Counted from the first letter of the stretch, positions 1 through 13,990 are shown. The stretch: 64,000 nucleotides of DNA from Phoronis australis (GCA_002633005.1 NMRA01000163.1:280071-344070); one strand, 5' to 3'. Notes: generated by a model not told the origin, from the letters alone. Numbers and translations are program-made.

Positions 1-534
1 ATTGATTTTGCTTCTTTCTACTGCTTATCTGATTATTGATGACATTGTACACTGTACATGTACATGTATCTGCTCGTTGATATGTCGAGAACCTGACACG
101 CCAAGGCGGTATGCTGCCATCTATTGGTTGGCACCAGGTAGCGCTGTTTTCTTCACTTTAAGAAGGCGGGGTTTAATATCGACCAGGCTAGCGGGGAATA
201 TGGGGGAAGTAAATAGCGAATCTCGCCTGATTACATTCAGTTCATTAACAGTGTTTGTCGTGGTTCGTGTACTAAGACCTCTAATCGAGATAACAGAAAC
301 AGACTGAGCTGCTTACTAGGAAGCAATTATCTCTCGAATGAGAAAAGAAGGCTAAAAAATATGCGTATTTTAGTTGATACAGTCTGTGGTTAGCCGCTGA
401 GGTAATTTTGCGGAGGTGTACGCCGAATCACAATAAACGATCTCAGAAGAATAATTTCATATATTGGACAATCGCAAGTTGACGCCTAAGGTAGTTTGTT
501 GACTAATAGACGCGGATGGGTGCAAAGAAGAGAC

Positions 535-1674
535 ATGAGTTTCTACCAAAGCACAAACCAGTTGCTAAAATGTGGAGAAAGTTCAGAGCGGCTGCAATCT
601 ATGCCGGGGAGTCGAGGTAATGTTTGCTTCTCCCAGAGCATAAGTGAAGAACCCGACAAGCCGATTTCCAAATCTGTTAGCTGTGAACGGGTGGTGCAAA
701 TTGGATTAAAAACAAAGTCATGTTTGTCTTCTCAAAAAGCAGAAAAAATTCATTTGCGTGCTCGTTTGAACGAGACTCCACCAAACGATACTGCGACACA
801 AAGTTTAAGCTTGGCGCCGGCGAAACAAGGCATGAAGAATCTGATAATACTGGGAACATGTTTTATGTTAGTTTTCACCGCATTTATGTCACTGAAAAAC
901 GTCCAAAGTACTTTAAACGAAGAGGAAGGCATTGGAATGATATCCCTCTGCGTTCTATATGCTGCTTCAGTTGTATCGTGTTTTCTGTCGCCGTGGATCA
1001 TTCATAAACTGGGCACAAAGGGCACAATTTGCGTGACGTTTGCGATGCTGCTCATTTACACTGGGGCAAATTTTTACCCTAAAAATAGTGTTCTCATTAT
1101 CTCGTCAATCGTACTGGGTTTACTTAAAGGTCCACTCTGGAGTGCCCAGTCCACGTACCTGACAACACTTGCGTATAACTATGCCGCAGTTACCGCACAA
1201 GTTAACGATCTTGTCATCAATAGGTTCAATGGAATATTCAGTGCCATCTTTGAGACTAGCCAAATATGGGGTAATCTCGTCACGTCGTTTTTGTTCTCAG
1301 CTAACAATCACACGTTGAATTCGAATCCGTTGAATGAGACTACTGCCAGACGAGTCTGCGGCGCAAAGGATTGCGAACACCACAATGTCATAACGACTAT
1401 TTTGAAATCCAGCTCGTTTGCCGTCATACCAGCAGAGCTGGAATACCTGCTTCTCGGTATATTATGCGCCTGCGTCTTCGGAGGATTGTTGCTTAGTATT
1501 GTCTTCCTGGAAAGGGTGTCCCCCATTTCGGAATCAAAACCAACAATCCAGACATCAAAACAATTTCTCTTGTCAAGTTTCATGTTAATGAAAAACCTTA
1601 ACCTGCTTCTTCTCATTCCGATTGTTTTCTTCATTGGCCTACAGAGGGGTTTCCTTCTGGGGGATTTTACAAGG
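535..1674 (+). CDS. unc-93: UNC-93-like MFS membrane protein (UNC93A-like), coding exon 1
   Basis: ORF 496-1686 carries UNC-93 motifs (KNLIILGTCFMLVFTAF, LKNVQSTLN, GPLWSAQSTYLT, SQIWGNLVT, CGAKDC, FLLGDFTR). First in-frame ATG is at 535; later ATGs at 601 and 832 are alternative starts. Phase-0 donor AGG|GTGAGT at 1675. Confidence 0.92.
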
Positions 1675-2506
1675 GTGAGTATTTAAATGTCTTCATTTTG
1701 TTAGCCTTAAGGGTACATGTACATGTACATGTATACTCCCGTACACTTTCCACGTTTAGAAGTGGCTACGTTTATAAAACTCCGGATGGTTGTAAAAGTG
1801 TATTCCGCCCTTTCACTCACCATTTCGTGACGTTTACGCAGATACGAGACTCATTACTGACGTCATTCCAAGACAAAATATTAAATCAATCCTTAAATTC
1901 ACTACACAAAATATATGTAACAGAGGAATATGGTGGGTGACATAATCACCATGGTGCAGGAGTAAAATTTCAGTGACCCGTGAAAGGTCACACTTAAGTT
2001 CACCTTGTCTGTTTGAATTGGATGCCTGGGAATGTCAAAACAGAAGTTAAGGAGTGTCTCTTAGTTCACAGAACACAATGCTCGCCAGCTGCCGCACTCT
2101 GCTAGTTCGTCTTACATGAATATCACTTTGCAAATGTTTTAATGTTGCAATTTAGGTGAATGTATGCCTCTAAGTCCACCAAATGTGTAACCAGATGTTT
2201 TGCCAAGAGTATCCAATCAAGGGAACCAAATGTGATGAATCGATAATTAAGAGAAGAAACGATCGTCGACGTGGAGGGCTTTGCGCAATGAACAGGAGGC
2301 ACGCCCCCTTGTGCTACTAACCTACCCGTCAGTGTTCAAGACTCGTGTTTCTACCCCTAGAGGGATAGTGTAGGCCTTGCAAGAGGTCTTATTGGAAATC
2401 GTGATATAGGATCGAATTCGCCTTCATTAATTACTGTAATCTGTACTTCAAACTGGAGTATGAATACACGTGCATAGAACACGCTAAATATAGAGGGAAA
2501 TGGCAT

Positions 2507-2795
2507 GGTCCGGTTTCTTGGGGTCTGTAAGTGTCTTAGGACTTAAGACAGAAATTTTCCGTTTTACTCTCCCACATCACAACTGAAAGAAAAGGTTTAG
2601 CCAAGTAATTACGAGCGCATCACAGTCGCAATTTCTAGAAATTACCCCTAGTTACTAGCAGTCATGTGTATTTTCCCAGAGGCTATGCGCTTTTGCACAA
2701 TTGAGATTTAAATACTTTTCCGAAATAGTTGTGTGAAGCGTAAGACAACAATGGCGACTTAAGTCTTAAGACGCTTTACGTGAAACAGACACCTG
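2507..2795. mobile_element. MITE with degenerate TIRs (Harbinger-like)
   Basis: TAAGTGTCTTAGGACTTAAGAC near the left end is inverted relative to ACTTAAGTCTTAAGACGCTTTA near the right end. Ends are CCGGTTTC / GAAACAG. Confidence 0.55.
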
Positions 2796-3599
2796 GAATA
2801 TTTGAGTCAGAAGAATTCAACTCAAAGTACAACGGGGTTCTTCTAGTCTACAGATTGATCAATAATAGCAATAAAACAATATGTTTTTAGCTTTATTGCG
2901 ACCGGTTGCATGAAAAAATCCGAAATAGTGACTCAGTTAAGATCGCTAAATCATCTATGCATTTGTGGCTTAGTTTACTAGTTTAGAACGTTTTGTGTCT
3001 GTCAATTTCTTTGTCTTTATTAGGGATTCCTCTTTGGCTATCGACATTTTCGAATAAAATATCTGAAAATCGAGGCCAAATGTCTCAATGTATAAGGACG
3101 CACATGTAGAACTTAAAAAGGCATGGAGCGCGAAAACTTGTCAGAATATCTCGCAACGTCTACTACAAAGATTTTCACATTCCTCTGTGAGGGAATTTCC
3201 AGAAAAAAATACAAAATTTGCGATTTTTGAAATACGTGCGAAGGAAAAACTCTGTAGTCACCACAGAGTTTCTAATTTCCCTCTCACTTATGATAAATGC
3301 GCGCTCATAATCATTCGACAAACGGCTGACTGACAAGATGGATATTAATGGCAGATTATAGTGTGTGGTCGCATTCGACAGCACAGCATGAGGCAAGTCA
3401 GTGAAACAAACAATTTTTCAAAAAGAATTCCACGTGCATTCTAGAATATAATTTTTGAACGCTACGATAACTTTATAACTAATTTCATATAGTAAGGACT
3501 TGCATCAAATGCTTCTTAATCAGACTGGCTACTGCTTTGTTTAAATCAAAGGTCAAAGGTAACATTTTCCACATCAGGGAAATATATTACATCTATGTC

Positions 3600-3830
3600 T
3601 TGCCATACTAAATAAAGAGACGTGCTTTGCATTGCGGGAGAGAAATCGACGAAGTGACGAGCAGTTGACAGATGGTTTTTTTGAAATTTGAAAGGAAAAT
3701 GCTTTGACATCAACAGGAATTCAATTTTTATGAACAAATCGTAAAAGTACCCGGTGAGCTGATTGAATTCTGTGTCAGCCGCAGAGAACCACTTTGAATT
3801 ATGCAATTTATTCTGTTTTTCGCTATCTAG
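3600..3830 (+). repeat. Dispersed repeat family C, copy 1
   Basis: TCGACGAAGT.ACGAGCAGTTGACAG...GGAAAATGCTTTG.CATCAACAG.AATTCAA is shared with about 37205-37445. Confidence 0.7.
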
Positions 3831-4339
3831 GCCTCTTTAAATTATGTTTTCGTTGATATTGAAAATCCAATGTAGAGTTTAGTAATATTCTCGATGTGCA
3901 TCATAGTCAAGAATCAACTTTGTAATGACAATCCGTATCGCAGTTGCTCCCCAATTATGCAAAGAGGCATGTATGTAACTGAAGCAAAAATGTAACCGAA
4001 TTTCGAATGTGCATCCAGTCTTGCATAGCAAGCTACAACACTACTATGGAAACTGTTCAAAACGAGGACACCATTTCCTGTGGTCGGCGCAAGAGTACCG
4101 TATTTGTTGGCAACCTGCCACGTATAGTACATGTACGACAAGGTAACAGCGCTGTTGGTATTAGAAAGTGTCATCACTAGAACTTCCAACGCGTCTTTTT
4201 TCAAAGAAAATTGGAATGAATATAGACCGGTGGATACTTACTGAAAAGCAAAATATCAGAAAATGTTGGATGTTCCAATGATTAAGTCGTTGTACCAACA
4301 ATTCTCAGACAGCGACAGTTACAAAAATGATAAAATCAA

Positions 4340-4370
4340 TTATGACGACTATGACGACGACGATGACGAC

Positions 4371-4412
<42 letters not shown>

Positions 4413-4430
4413 AGTGATGATGATGTTGAC
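4340..4430. repeat. (GAT)n/(GAC)n microsatellite
   Basis: Visible trinucleotide run. Confidence 0.95.
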
Positions 4431-4520
4431 GGTCTGTAAAATAATTGTATATAGATGTCTTTGTACTTTTTGAACCCAGATATAATGCCTCTTGGCGCTT
4501 TCTGGGTTATGTATATTCAT

Positions 4521-5124
4521 TGTATCGAAGATTTCGTAACAAACATTATAAAAAAATGATGGTGACGGCGATGATGATGGTGACGGTGATGATGAGGATT
4601 GTGAAGATGATAAACTGAGTGCTTTTGAGTGCTTCTGATCAATCTGAGCACTTTTTGTCTAATCATCCCGTCACTTGAGTTTTAGCTCTTCTGAGATTTG
4701 TAATTGATGAGAGTTTCAACCTAGTTTGCATTCTTGATGTTTCAAAAGCACTACAGACAGGTTCATGTCATAATATCCTAGGTCTGTTCTGTGCACAAAT
4801 GAGCGAATGCATTAGATCAACANTGTACCGAAGATTTCGTAACAAACATTATAAAAAATGATGGTGACGGCGATGATGATGGTGACGGTGATGATGAGGA
4901 TTGTGAAGATGATAAACTGAGTGCTTTTGAGTGCTTCTGATCAATCTGAGCACTTTTTGTCTAATCATCCCGTCACTTGAGTTTTAGCTCTTCTGAGATT
5001 TGTAATTGATGAGAGTTTCAACCTAGTTTGCATTCTTGATGTTTCAAAAGCACTACAGACAGGTTCATGTCATAATATCCTAGGTCTGTTCTGTGCACAA
5101 ATGAGCGAATGCATTAGATCAACA
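4521..5124. repeat. ~301-bp tandem duplication split by a single N (probable assembly overlap)
   Basis: 4521-4822 and 4824-5124 are identical except for one substitution and one A-run length; N at 4823. Confidence 0.85.
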
Positions 5125-6495
5125 CAAATTGATTCACACCTTAAGTGATTAACCAGTTGGGAATTCTACTGCGAATGTTTCGCTTCGCAGCACGCTGAAC
5201 CATTTGCGGAAAATAAATGGAGTTGCACTCGATGATTCTTCCCAAGAGTCTGGGGTTCTGTTAAAACGTTTCGCATAGCAGCGCTTGTTTTTTTGGGTCT
5301 CTGTTAAGTTTACTCACACTGGTAAAACGATTCGTTATTTCGAATGTCTTGCATCTAAATAGTAACATAATCCATAAATTCCAAGGTAAAGAAATAGTTT
5401 AGCAAGGGCCCATTTATCAAATGTCTATTGGTAGTCACTCAGGGTTACAGAACCTATCTTGCAATGGAAGGCTTCTGAATTTTCGGTTAGTTTTCTTGAG
5501 AATTGAAAACGACGTTTGAGTTTTTTATTGTAAAAATCTTGAAATTCTGGCTCGCTGAAACCTTCAACGTTATTTAATTCATCTGGTGTAAGTGCTTTAT
5601 AAGTATTATACATGTAGTTATCAACAACTTTATCGTAATTAGTATAACAATTATCAACAAAATTGTTATTACTAATAATGCCTGCGTGTACTACGTTGCA
5701 TGCATTGTGCAAGTAATCTGCAGAGTGCCAAACAAACGTGTAGAGCTTGGCAAGCTCGTACCAGAAAACACGAGAATCTGCAAAAAGTAAGTCACACTTT
5801 GAAAAAGAGCGATGTCTAGAAACACTAACGACCACTGTATAATATTTTAGAAAACTCATTTACTATTGTTATCAAATGTTGCAAGGAATCATCGCACCAC
5901 CATTGGTATTCAGTTGGTAACACCATTACAAAAAAGAAGTACCATTTTTCAAACGCCACGTTAGCCTCTCCTGTCGACGCCAGTGATTCCAAAGCCAGAT
6001 TCTTTTTACTGCATCGTAGATAAAAAATACATTGGGCTTAATTATCAGAAATTCCTCGTATAACAACAACAAAAACAAACAAAAATCATTGTTAAGTCTA
6101 TGATATTTTGCACGGGGAGCTTAATAAATCAATTTCGTTAAAACATACAAGAAAGACAGAATGCGGGATTCAATTCCACAACGAAAACGAATATATTGTC
6201 CGGATGTAATAGCTGAATCAAGAACCAACTGAAACTACATGTACATGTACGAGCCTGAACGTTTTGTCAAAGAATTAGTGTCAATTTAACTTCAGGTTCC
6301 ACTATTGCTCTTCCTGAACATGTACACGAAGCTTTCACCATCTTACGTGAAGCTCGATGTTCATTAACTTTTCATGCTTTTCTTATTCGTGTGGTGAAGA
6401 ATCATCGGAACATGTTCTGAATAATTAACTATCAATAAGAGTAATAATTCACATCTGGATTAATGAATTATGGGTACAAATGCTACGTGATTTAA

Positions 6496-7578
6496 AGAGT
6501 TCCCACCATTACCCTGTGTCTCCAAAAGAATTTTATTAATACTCCCTTTGCTAAGAAACAAACCAAAATTTTCAAAAAAATATATTTTTCTGCTATCGGG
6601 ATTGTACGTGTACGTAATGGGTGGAAGACCGTTTCCGCCGTTGTTGTTTTTACCAGTGCACTACTGACGAGTTATGACGAAAGTCTGTGGAGAGTGGCCT
6701 TTTTCGAACATGAAAAGGTGCGTTTATAGAGGCTGTAGTAACAATGAGTTGACTGAGAACGTCTCTGTGTTCAAATTTCCTAAATACGTGAAAGTTGCGG
6801 TTTGTGCGCTGCACGAGAATGTGGAATGTCAACGTGGAACATGCGAGTCAGTCGGGAGCTACACTTTTGTTCGGCACATTTCAAGAAATCGTGCTTCAAC
6901 CAAGCACAAAAGCAGCGTTACGATGAAGGACTTGCCACCTTGTAAGTGTATTTGCAAATTTTACACATAACGAACAAACTGTTTCCATTCTGGGGTGAGT
7001 GATGCTGATCGAATGCTGTAACATGTAGGCTTATGCATTGTGTTTAGACCGTCCATGCTCATTCCACCTCGCCAATAGAGAATATGAGTGATCCAGGTTT
7101 ACTGTGGCTTTTGACAGCGATTATTAAGCTCTATTTTGTGAATATTGACCTCTTCTTGGTTCAGTTCGTTGTGGCTCACATATGTCTGCAGCATTTCTCG
7201 TGCAAGTTGGTAGAGTTCATACGGTCTCAAAGCCGACGACAGTTCGCTAAGTGGGAAGTCGAATTCATAGTCTGATTCTTCAAGTACTTGTGTGTAATGC
7301 CCGTATCCACTCTCCTCTCTGTCTGCATAATAATTGTCCAGTTCTCACTCAAAGTCGTTCTTGTCTTCTTATCTGCTGTGTTCCGCCATAGCAATGGATT
7401 GTCGTGTGCCAAACGTGTTCCACCCATTACATCACTTGGCGGGAAACGTTTTGTTCAAAATTAAAAAAATCGCAATTATTTGGCATGAAAAGTGCTTATT
7501 TAGTTCGATTTTTTCTAATACTCATTTCATATTAGCTAACTGAAACCCCAAATCTAAGAAAATTCATGGTGGAAACTC
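6496..7578 (+). mobile_element. Kolobok-like non-autonomous DNA transposon carrying a THAP remnant
   Basis: Left end TTAA|AGAGTTCCCACCAT; right end ATGGTGGAAACTC (13-bp imperfect TIR, right TTAA degraded). Internal frameshifted THAP domain and a convergent degenerate ORF. Confidence 0.6.
6710..6941 (+). pseudogene. THAP zinc-finger domain remnant
   Basis: MKRCVYRGCSN...SVFKFPK / LRFVRCTR / CSAHFKKSCF (C2CH THAP signature split over frames), ending at donor-like GTAAGT at 6942. Confidence 0.75.
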
Positions 7579-10205
7579 AAGGTCAATTATAGAAGAAATT
7601 GTCTAGTGGAGTCAACTTTCGGCAACATATAGTTCTGACGTGCCAACCAACCTATTACTGCTTGCCAGTCAGGGTGTGGGGAAATGTGAAGGCTAAAATC
7701 GTCTTCCATCCTGGCCCACAAACGTGCGTCGCTAACGAGAGTAGAAATACGGGTATTTTTGTGAGTTTGGGAAATGCGGAGAGCGAACCAGGGAATTTGC
7801 GTGTAGGATATAAAAATCTTTCAGTAGACCTCGCGTTCAAATGACGTTTGGTATATACATTTACGTCATTATAAATGAAGCTCAAAGTGAAAGAAATTCA
7901 TTTCCTAACGTTTCTTTCCTTTATGAGCATCTGATGTGGAATAGGTTACTGATGAAAACTATAGAACTTATGAAAGCACACGTGACATACTGAAACGTGA
8001 CCGGGTATTATTATTTCCAGGTACCAACCTACCAGTGCCACCAATAAAACTTTACACTGTTTAATAGCGGGAATACTTTTTTCTCACATTCTCTTGTCCT
8101 ATGGGTTACCTTACCAGATCACCTACATATTTCAACGCACTTAAATTACATTGCCAGCTACGGTACCCAGCTTTTTCAATCTGTCTGATATCTGAATAGA
8201 ACTCATTTGATGTGAATGAGTTAAGAATATGTAATAAGTCTCAAAATTAAGACTTGGACTCGTGGATATGCCGCTGTGTGTGTAACTGTTAATGCAATCA
8301 AGGTGGGTGTGGCCTATCTCCGGTTGCAAAAGGAAACTATTACCTTCTTTTCTACAGTAACTTGATGTCTTGAGTTGTGTTACCAATTCTAGAGTATGTT
8401 TTTAAGATTAACCTTGAGAGTGTGCCTACTAAAATTTTAGGGAATGTTTGAGGTAATATTTAAAACCTACTTTCAGTTTTTAAAAGGCGAAATTTCGAAA
8501 GTTACGGTATCTAAAATTAGCGTGAGACCTTCCTGGCTCGTGTAACCTTGCGTCCAGGAAGCGTAAGGAAATTTGAGACCATTAATTTGCCGTCTGCTGA
8601 AGAGGTACAGTACAGTAGTTTTCAACGTAAACAGGACGTCGTCGAAGTATGGCAAAGTTTTTACCCCGGCTAAACCTTGACTTAATTTCCCTTACTATCG
8701 ACTAAAACACTTTACCTTCCAACAAAATTTCTCGACCAAATCTTGGCAAAGTTTGTCGAAATCTCGAGAAAAGATGACTTGCAGGTTCATGTACAAAAAG
8801 CGGCTGGGCCCCATAATGGAACATTAAAATCTAACAAAAGTTCGAAAAATGCCAATGTATTGCAACAAATATTTGATTAAATGCCAAATAATTCTGGCAA
8901 TAAGGTCGTCGAATTTTGGCAGAGGTCGACACAACTTTTTCACATTCTGTTCAGCTTATTTTGAAAGTTATGTACAATACGATGTGCTGAAACTAAGGAT
9001 TCAGAGCAAAGAACTACTATTTCATGTAACCATCACGTTAGCGGAATATTCCGGAACACCAAAATACAGTTAGGAATGGCTCTGAATAAAAGTTCTGAAA
9101 AATAAGTGAAACTCTGACTTAAGACTGCCCGACCCTATAATCGTTTTATATTTGAAATAGTTATGTTTATCGACATTGACGAACATGTAATAATGACATA
9201 GATGGCTACGTGATGCGATGCACATTTGAGCAGCCCCTTGTTGAGTGATTTGGTCACGCACCGAGATGTGTGGGGGTCCACTTAATTTCCAATGTGAGCG
9301 TACATAGGTCCATGTGTTAATATGTATATCTGCCGTCTAAATACTAAATTAGGCGCTCACGTCTAATGTGACCGAAACTTGACATGCACATCCGTTATTT
9401 CAATAAATTAAAAGTTTTTGTAGAACCTCAGTATTGACAAGTTCGCGTATTTAGCCAAATTTAACACATTAATAACCACATATTTTATGAAAGTAGAAGG
9501 CCTTTAAAAATTGATTTTTATGACTTTATGTCATTATGGTATTAATTGGACGATATGACCACATCTTTCCAAAAAATTCACAAAAAGACACATTCTTAGC
9601 CAAAACAACGGAATTTCCTAATAACTAAATGTCGATTGATATAAATGATGAAATCTCAAAAAACGTTGTTACAGTTTTCTATAGTGTCATTTCGCTTACG
9701 TTTAATGAAACTTTTGAGCGATTCCTAATAACGTTATAGAGAACAATGCATAAAGCATATTATGGTAAAGTTTGAGATCACCTAAATCCAATCAGCTATA
9801 TCTGAGATATTAAGTTCCGAAAGCAGCCAAATTTGGACGTGTTATGCAGATTCAAGGGCTTTTCACTAAGACTGCGGAAAGGCGAATAGCAATTATCCAT
9901 TTTGCGTATATAATTTTACTCAAGAGGCAATTAGCTGTCACAAATAACAATAATTGGTTGACAACCAATACAACCGATGCGTCGCATTTTCTACTTAAGT
10001 TTACTCGACTTTATCGACTTGTCTGCGTATTTAGCCCAAGTGGCTACGAAACTATGGATTTAACTGTGAGTATATACTACCTTCAAGAAAGTAGAAAGCC
10101 TGTAAATTTTGAATCTGGTTTACATCAAACTGAATCAGGTCACGTAACAATACATTTTATTAAACTTCAGCAAAAACGCAAGGTACATCCATAGCAAAAC
10201 AACGT

Positions 10206-10292
10206 TATCAAGAACAGGACCAATATCAATGTTAAACTCGGAATATCAAGAACCGCACCAATATCAATGTTAAACATGGAATATCAAAAACG
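10206..10292. repeat. 38-bp minisatellite, about 2.3 copies
   Basis: TATCAAGAAC...CCAATATCAATGTTAAAC..GGAA units start at 10206, 10244 and 10282. Confidence 0.8.
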
Positions 10293-13200
10293 CTGTAACA
10301 GTTACACTTTTCTAAATCGTCGTTTCGTTTTGGTTTGATGCAACTTTTGATTGTTTTTATGAAAATGACGCAAGTCCCATTCTTCATAACCTTCATGCAA
10401 AAGTGGAACTATGTAAAAACAACTGCTAATAGCGTTTTGGAGAACCGTGTTTAAAGCACATGGTATCTGAAAGCCATTCAGATATGATGTTCCGAAGTTT
10501 GCCAGCCGGACACGCACACACCATATGGCAAAATTTAAAGTTACAAAAGTGTTGAAGGTTTAAGTTTGGTTCTCGTGGTTCAATTTATGACAATAAAATA
10601 TCATAAGCAAGTGGAATTAGTTGTGTATTTGGCTCCTTATATGCCTAAAATGGATCAAAAATGACTTTGTGTATTTATAACATACTTATACTAGGACAAA
10701 ATTATAAAAGCACGTATGTAGAAATAAAATACAGTTCTGTAGGCCTATTGTGAAGTGTATATCTTTATCTCAAAAAGATTTAATTCTTGCAATGAGGTTG
10801 GTGACGTTTGTCTCAACTTGGTCTAAATCGCTGCCTTTCTCCTTGCGAATGTGCAGCAGTGCTAGTGATGAAAACGTACTGTGCTCCATTGTGTTTTTCT
10901 TAAGGGGTTTTCATGCTCTTTAAGAGATATTCAGAGAAGAAATTATCTAACAATTATGTTCCATTTTTTCAACTTTGTCTACGTGGCACGTATACATTTG
11001 CTTACATGGTAGCTGTGATCCTGATTAGTCTGAATAGAAACTGGAGACATTTGGAATGACAAGATTTGAGGTGGATTGGTTTCGTTCCTAATTTTCTTGG
11101 AGGACTGTTTGTTCAGACCAGTTGTACATGTATGTTGTGTACCACGAGTCACCACATTAGTACATTTGCTGTTTGTCATCTTCACAACCGGTTTTCTTTT
11201 AAAAATTGCTTTAGTCGCCACGAATGCCTGCGCGTAAGATACTGCTTTTTATTCTGATAAAACCAGACAACACGCCTCAGGTACTGTATGTAACAACATA
11301 GGTTCTGTATCAGGCTGAATTAGAATTTAATTTTGACAAAATCAAGTTTATTTGGTTTTACAGTCTTAGTAAAACTATAAATATTACTGATTCAAATGTT
11401 ATGAAACACAATAAAACTTGTCAGGCTTTAAAAAAATAAGTACCTCGGGGCCTATTCAGGCAGCCACTCCTCTTCGGGTAGACTTATCTCGTATATTTCA
11501 GGCAAGGCGTCGAGCAACACAGGTATGCTAGGTAGAGCAATTCATTGATTGAATCCTGTTTTGCTCGATAGCTTGTTCAAGACTCCAGTACCGTCAATGT
11601 TAGTTTCATAGCACACGGTATACATGTGACTTTTTTTAGGAACATTCTATATGAAATAAGTCTAACGATTTCCTGACATTTTTTATTTAAATGTAAATTA
11701 AGTAAAAGAGAATTAATAGTTAGTCTACTTGGAGAACTTTCCTTTTTTATAAACAAGACCTTTTTGATACACGGGCGATATTAATTTTTAACATTGATGG
11801 ACTCGGTGTTATTTTTCAAATGTATCAATAGTTTAGAACTGCACGGTGTGTAGCGCATGCCATTATTATAAAGTAAAATTCATAGTTCGCTCATTTACTC
11901 ACATTTGATTTCTGTCATTTCGGTGTAGTGAAAACTTAGAACCTTTGATTTTTACAGAGGCATACGTAGCGTAAGTTATGATTTATTGGGACGCAGTACA
12001 CCAGAGATTTCCTCTTTGTTTCAATGTACCTTAGTCTGAATATGTACTGGGCGTATTGCATTGAATTGCTGGCGCAGCGGATATTTCGCCACACAACTTG
12101 AAAAGGTAGACAACTTTGACAAAGCGAGTTTACTGGACATTTTGAAATCATTATGCACGTGTTGGCAGTACTGGTCCTCCTACGTCATCTACAGTACTTG
12201 AACTAAGCATTTAATAATATTGCTAAAATAAGTTGAGAATATAATTTATCCTCTGAAGGGAAAAGTACCTCTATGCGCTAAACTTACAGTCTCACGTGTG
12301 ATCTTCAAATAATAAAAATTGCATGAATTTGCACTATAAAAACCAATACATGTACGAAAATAAGGCCAATGGAGTAAAATGAATGGATAGCTGACTAAAG
12401 CTACGGAATTTGTGAAACATTTTGAATACAGGGTACACATGGGTGACGATACAGGGTGAATAAAATGCACAAAGTTGAACGGAATTACTCGAATCTGTCT
12501 CAACTAAACGACGCTTCAACAGTTGTTCGGAGCTTTTAATAAAAATACTTTCTTTCTTGAATGAGCTTTCCTACGGAAGCCCAATAGTACCATTTTGAAG
12601 TGAAAAAAAAAAATTATTATCTAGCGGCCACCACGTAATTATCTGGCGGCTCCGTACTTTTCTTCATGTTTACTTTTCCCGAAAATCTGCGAGGTCAGCG
12701 ACCCTCAACTTTCCGGGCTTTTGAAGCACATGACCTTCAGATACCGTCTCACTCAAGCTAATTTTGCACGTAATTTTAGGCATGGTGAGCAACACCACAG
12801 TCCTCTGGTAGAAGACAACGACCAATCCGGATATTGAGTTACCAGTTATTGATCAGATTATCGGGCTTTCAAAGCGAATGACGTTGTGCTCATTTATATG
12901 TAGGCAGACGAATTTTGCATATTCATGTCGCCGACCGGCCAAGATCGAGGGAAAAGCGTCAATCGGTTAATTAGACTGGAGGTTTACGCTTAAAATCAAC
13001 CAGAAGTTAACATGGATGTCAAATTTTGTTTTAAAGATGGAGGAGGATTGCAGACGCACCCAACTGTTTACCAAAACTCGGTTTTTGTCTGGAAATAATC
13101 AAATCATCCTACATGGCAGCTCAGCGAGTGAACGCTTTTTCTTCCGAAGTCGCATGTGTTCGATGAAAATTGCAATTTGCAGAGCATTTTAGAATCAGAA

Positions 13201-13689
13201 TTTGTACGTCACCTCTTCCATCTATGAGCTCATTTTTAGAGACAAAAATGAGAATTCAAGTAAAAGTCAATAGATATGGTAAAATTTAATTTGCCAATAT
13301 TTGTATTGTTGGAAAATAAAAGTCCTCTGCTGTACCTCATTAATCAGTTCACGTGCCGATTCAAACGGGCATACCAGGTTATGAACTTTCAAAGGTACAC
13401 TTAAAATGCTATACTAGATACGATGGGCTTCGGGCGTTCACTTACGTACCTTTAAATTTAGCGAAGTGCTATACGCACCACTGGTCGAAGCACACCGAAA
13501 GATTATTACAAGCTCTGCAAAAAGGGGGCGAACCGTATTTTAGGTCTGGACTTATATGTCAGTATTGAAAACACCGTATACACGAGTGTCTTTGTTGGAA
13601 AGACGTTTTTGACCGAGATAGGTGCCTTTGCATTAGAACATCTACGTAAGGGCTTTTGTTTCAGAATCTCTGTGATAAAGTAGTTGGGT

Positions 13690-13990
13690 AGGGGAAGCAG
13701 AAGAACGCGTGCTAATGATTCCAATCCGTGTATTAAATGACCCACACAAACTTCGGCTGAAAATAAAAACTTTTTCTACTCTGCCGCCGTGATGTATAAT
13801 GCTCTAAGCAATCAACTCAAAGATGGTGATGTTTTAACTTTCAAAAGAAATTCTGCATAATTTGCCTTCAGCTTATTCTATTTCATTTTATTGATTCTAC
13901 ATCACTTATGTACCATATGTCTTACAGTGTAGTGGATTGTTCGCAGTGAGCCCAGAGGTTGAAAAGTGGTGTCACCTATCAATAAATCTG
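13690..13990 (+). mobile_element. LINE (CR1/L2-type) 3' end fragment
   Basis: KTFFYSAAVMYNALSNQLKDGDVLTFKR resembles the SFxYxAxxLWNxLP C-terminus, followed by an AT-rich UTR and AATAAA. Confidence 0.45.

Noticed and set aside
2-307. 101-aa ORF and the many other 60-130 aa ORFs in the track
   Set aside because: No recognisable domains, often non-ATG starts, and overlapping repeats or antisense to real exons; consistent with chance.
4305-4520. Poly-Ile hydrophobic ORF
   Set aside because: It is a translation of the (GAT)n microsatellite.
4521-5124. 301-bp near-perfect tandem duplication as a biological repeat
   Set aside because: The copies abut a single N and differ by one substitution and one homopolymer length, which is typical of an unmerged haplotype/contig overlap.
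6660-6695. Hammerhead-ribozyme-like core CTGACGA-GT-TATG-AC-GAAA
   Set aside because: No compatible stem I/stem III with a UH cleavage site could be formed.
10206-10292. CRISPR-like repeat array
   Set aside because: Contiguous 38-bp units without unique spacers, in a eukaryotic context: a minisatellite.
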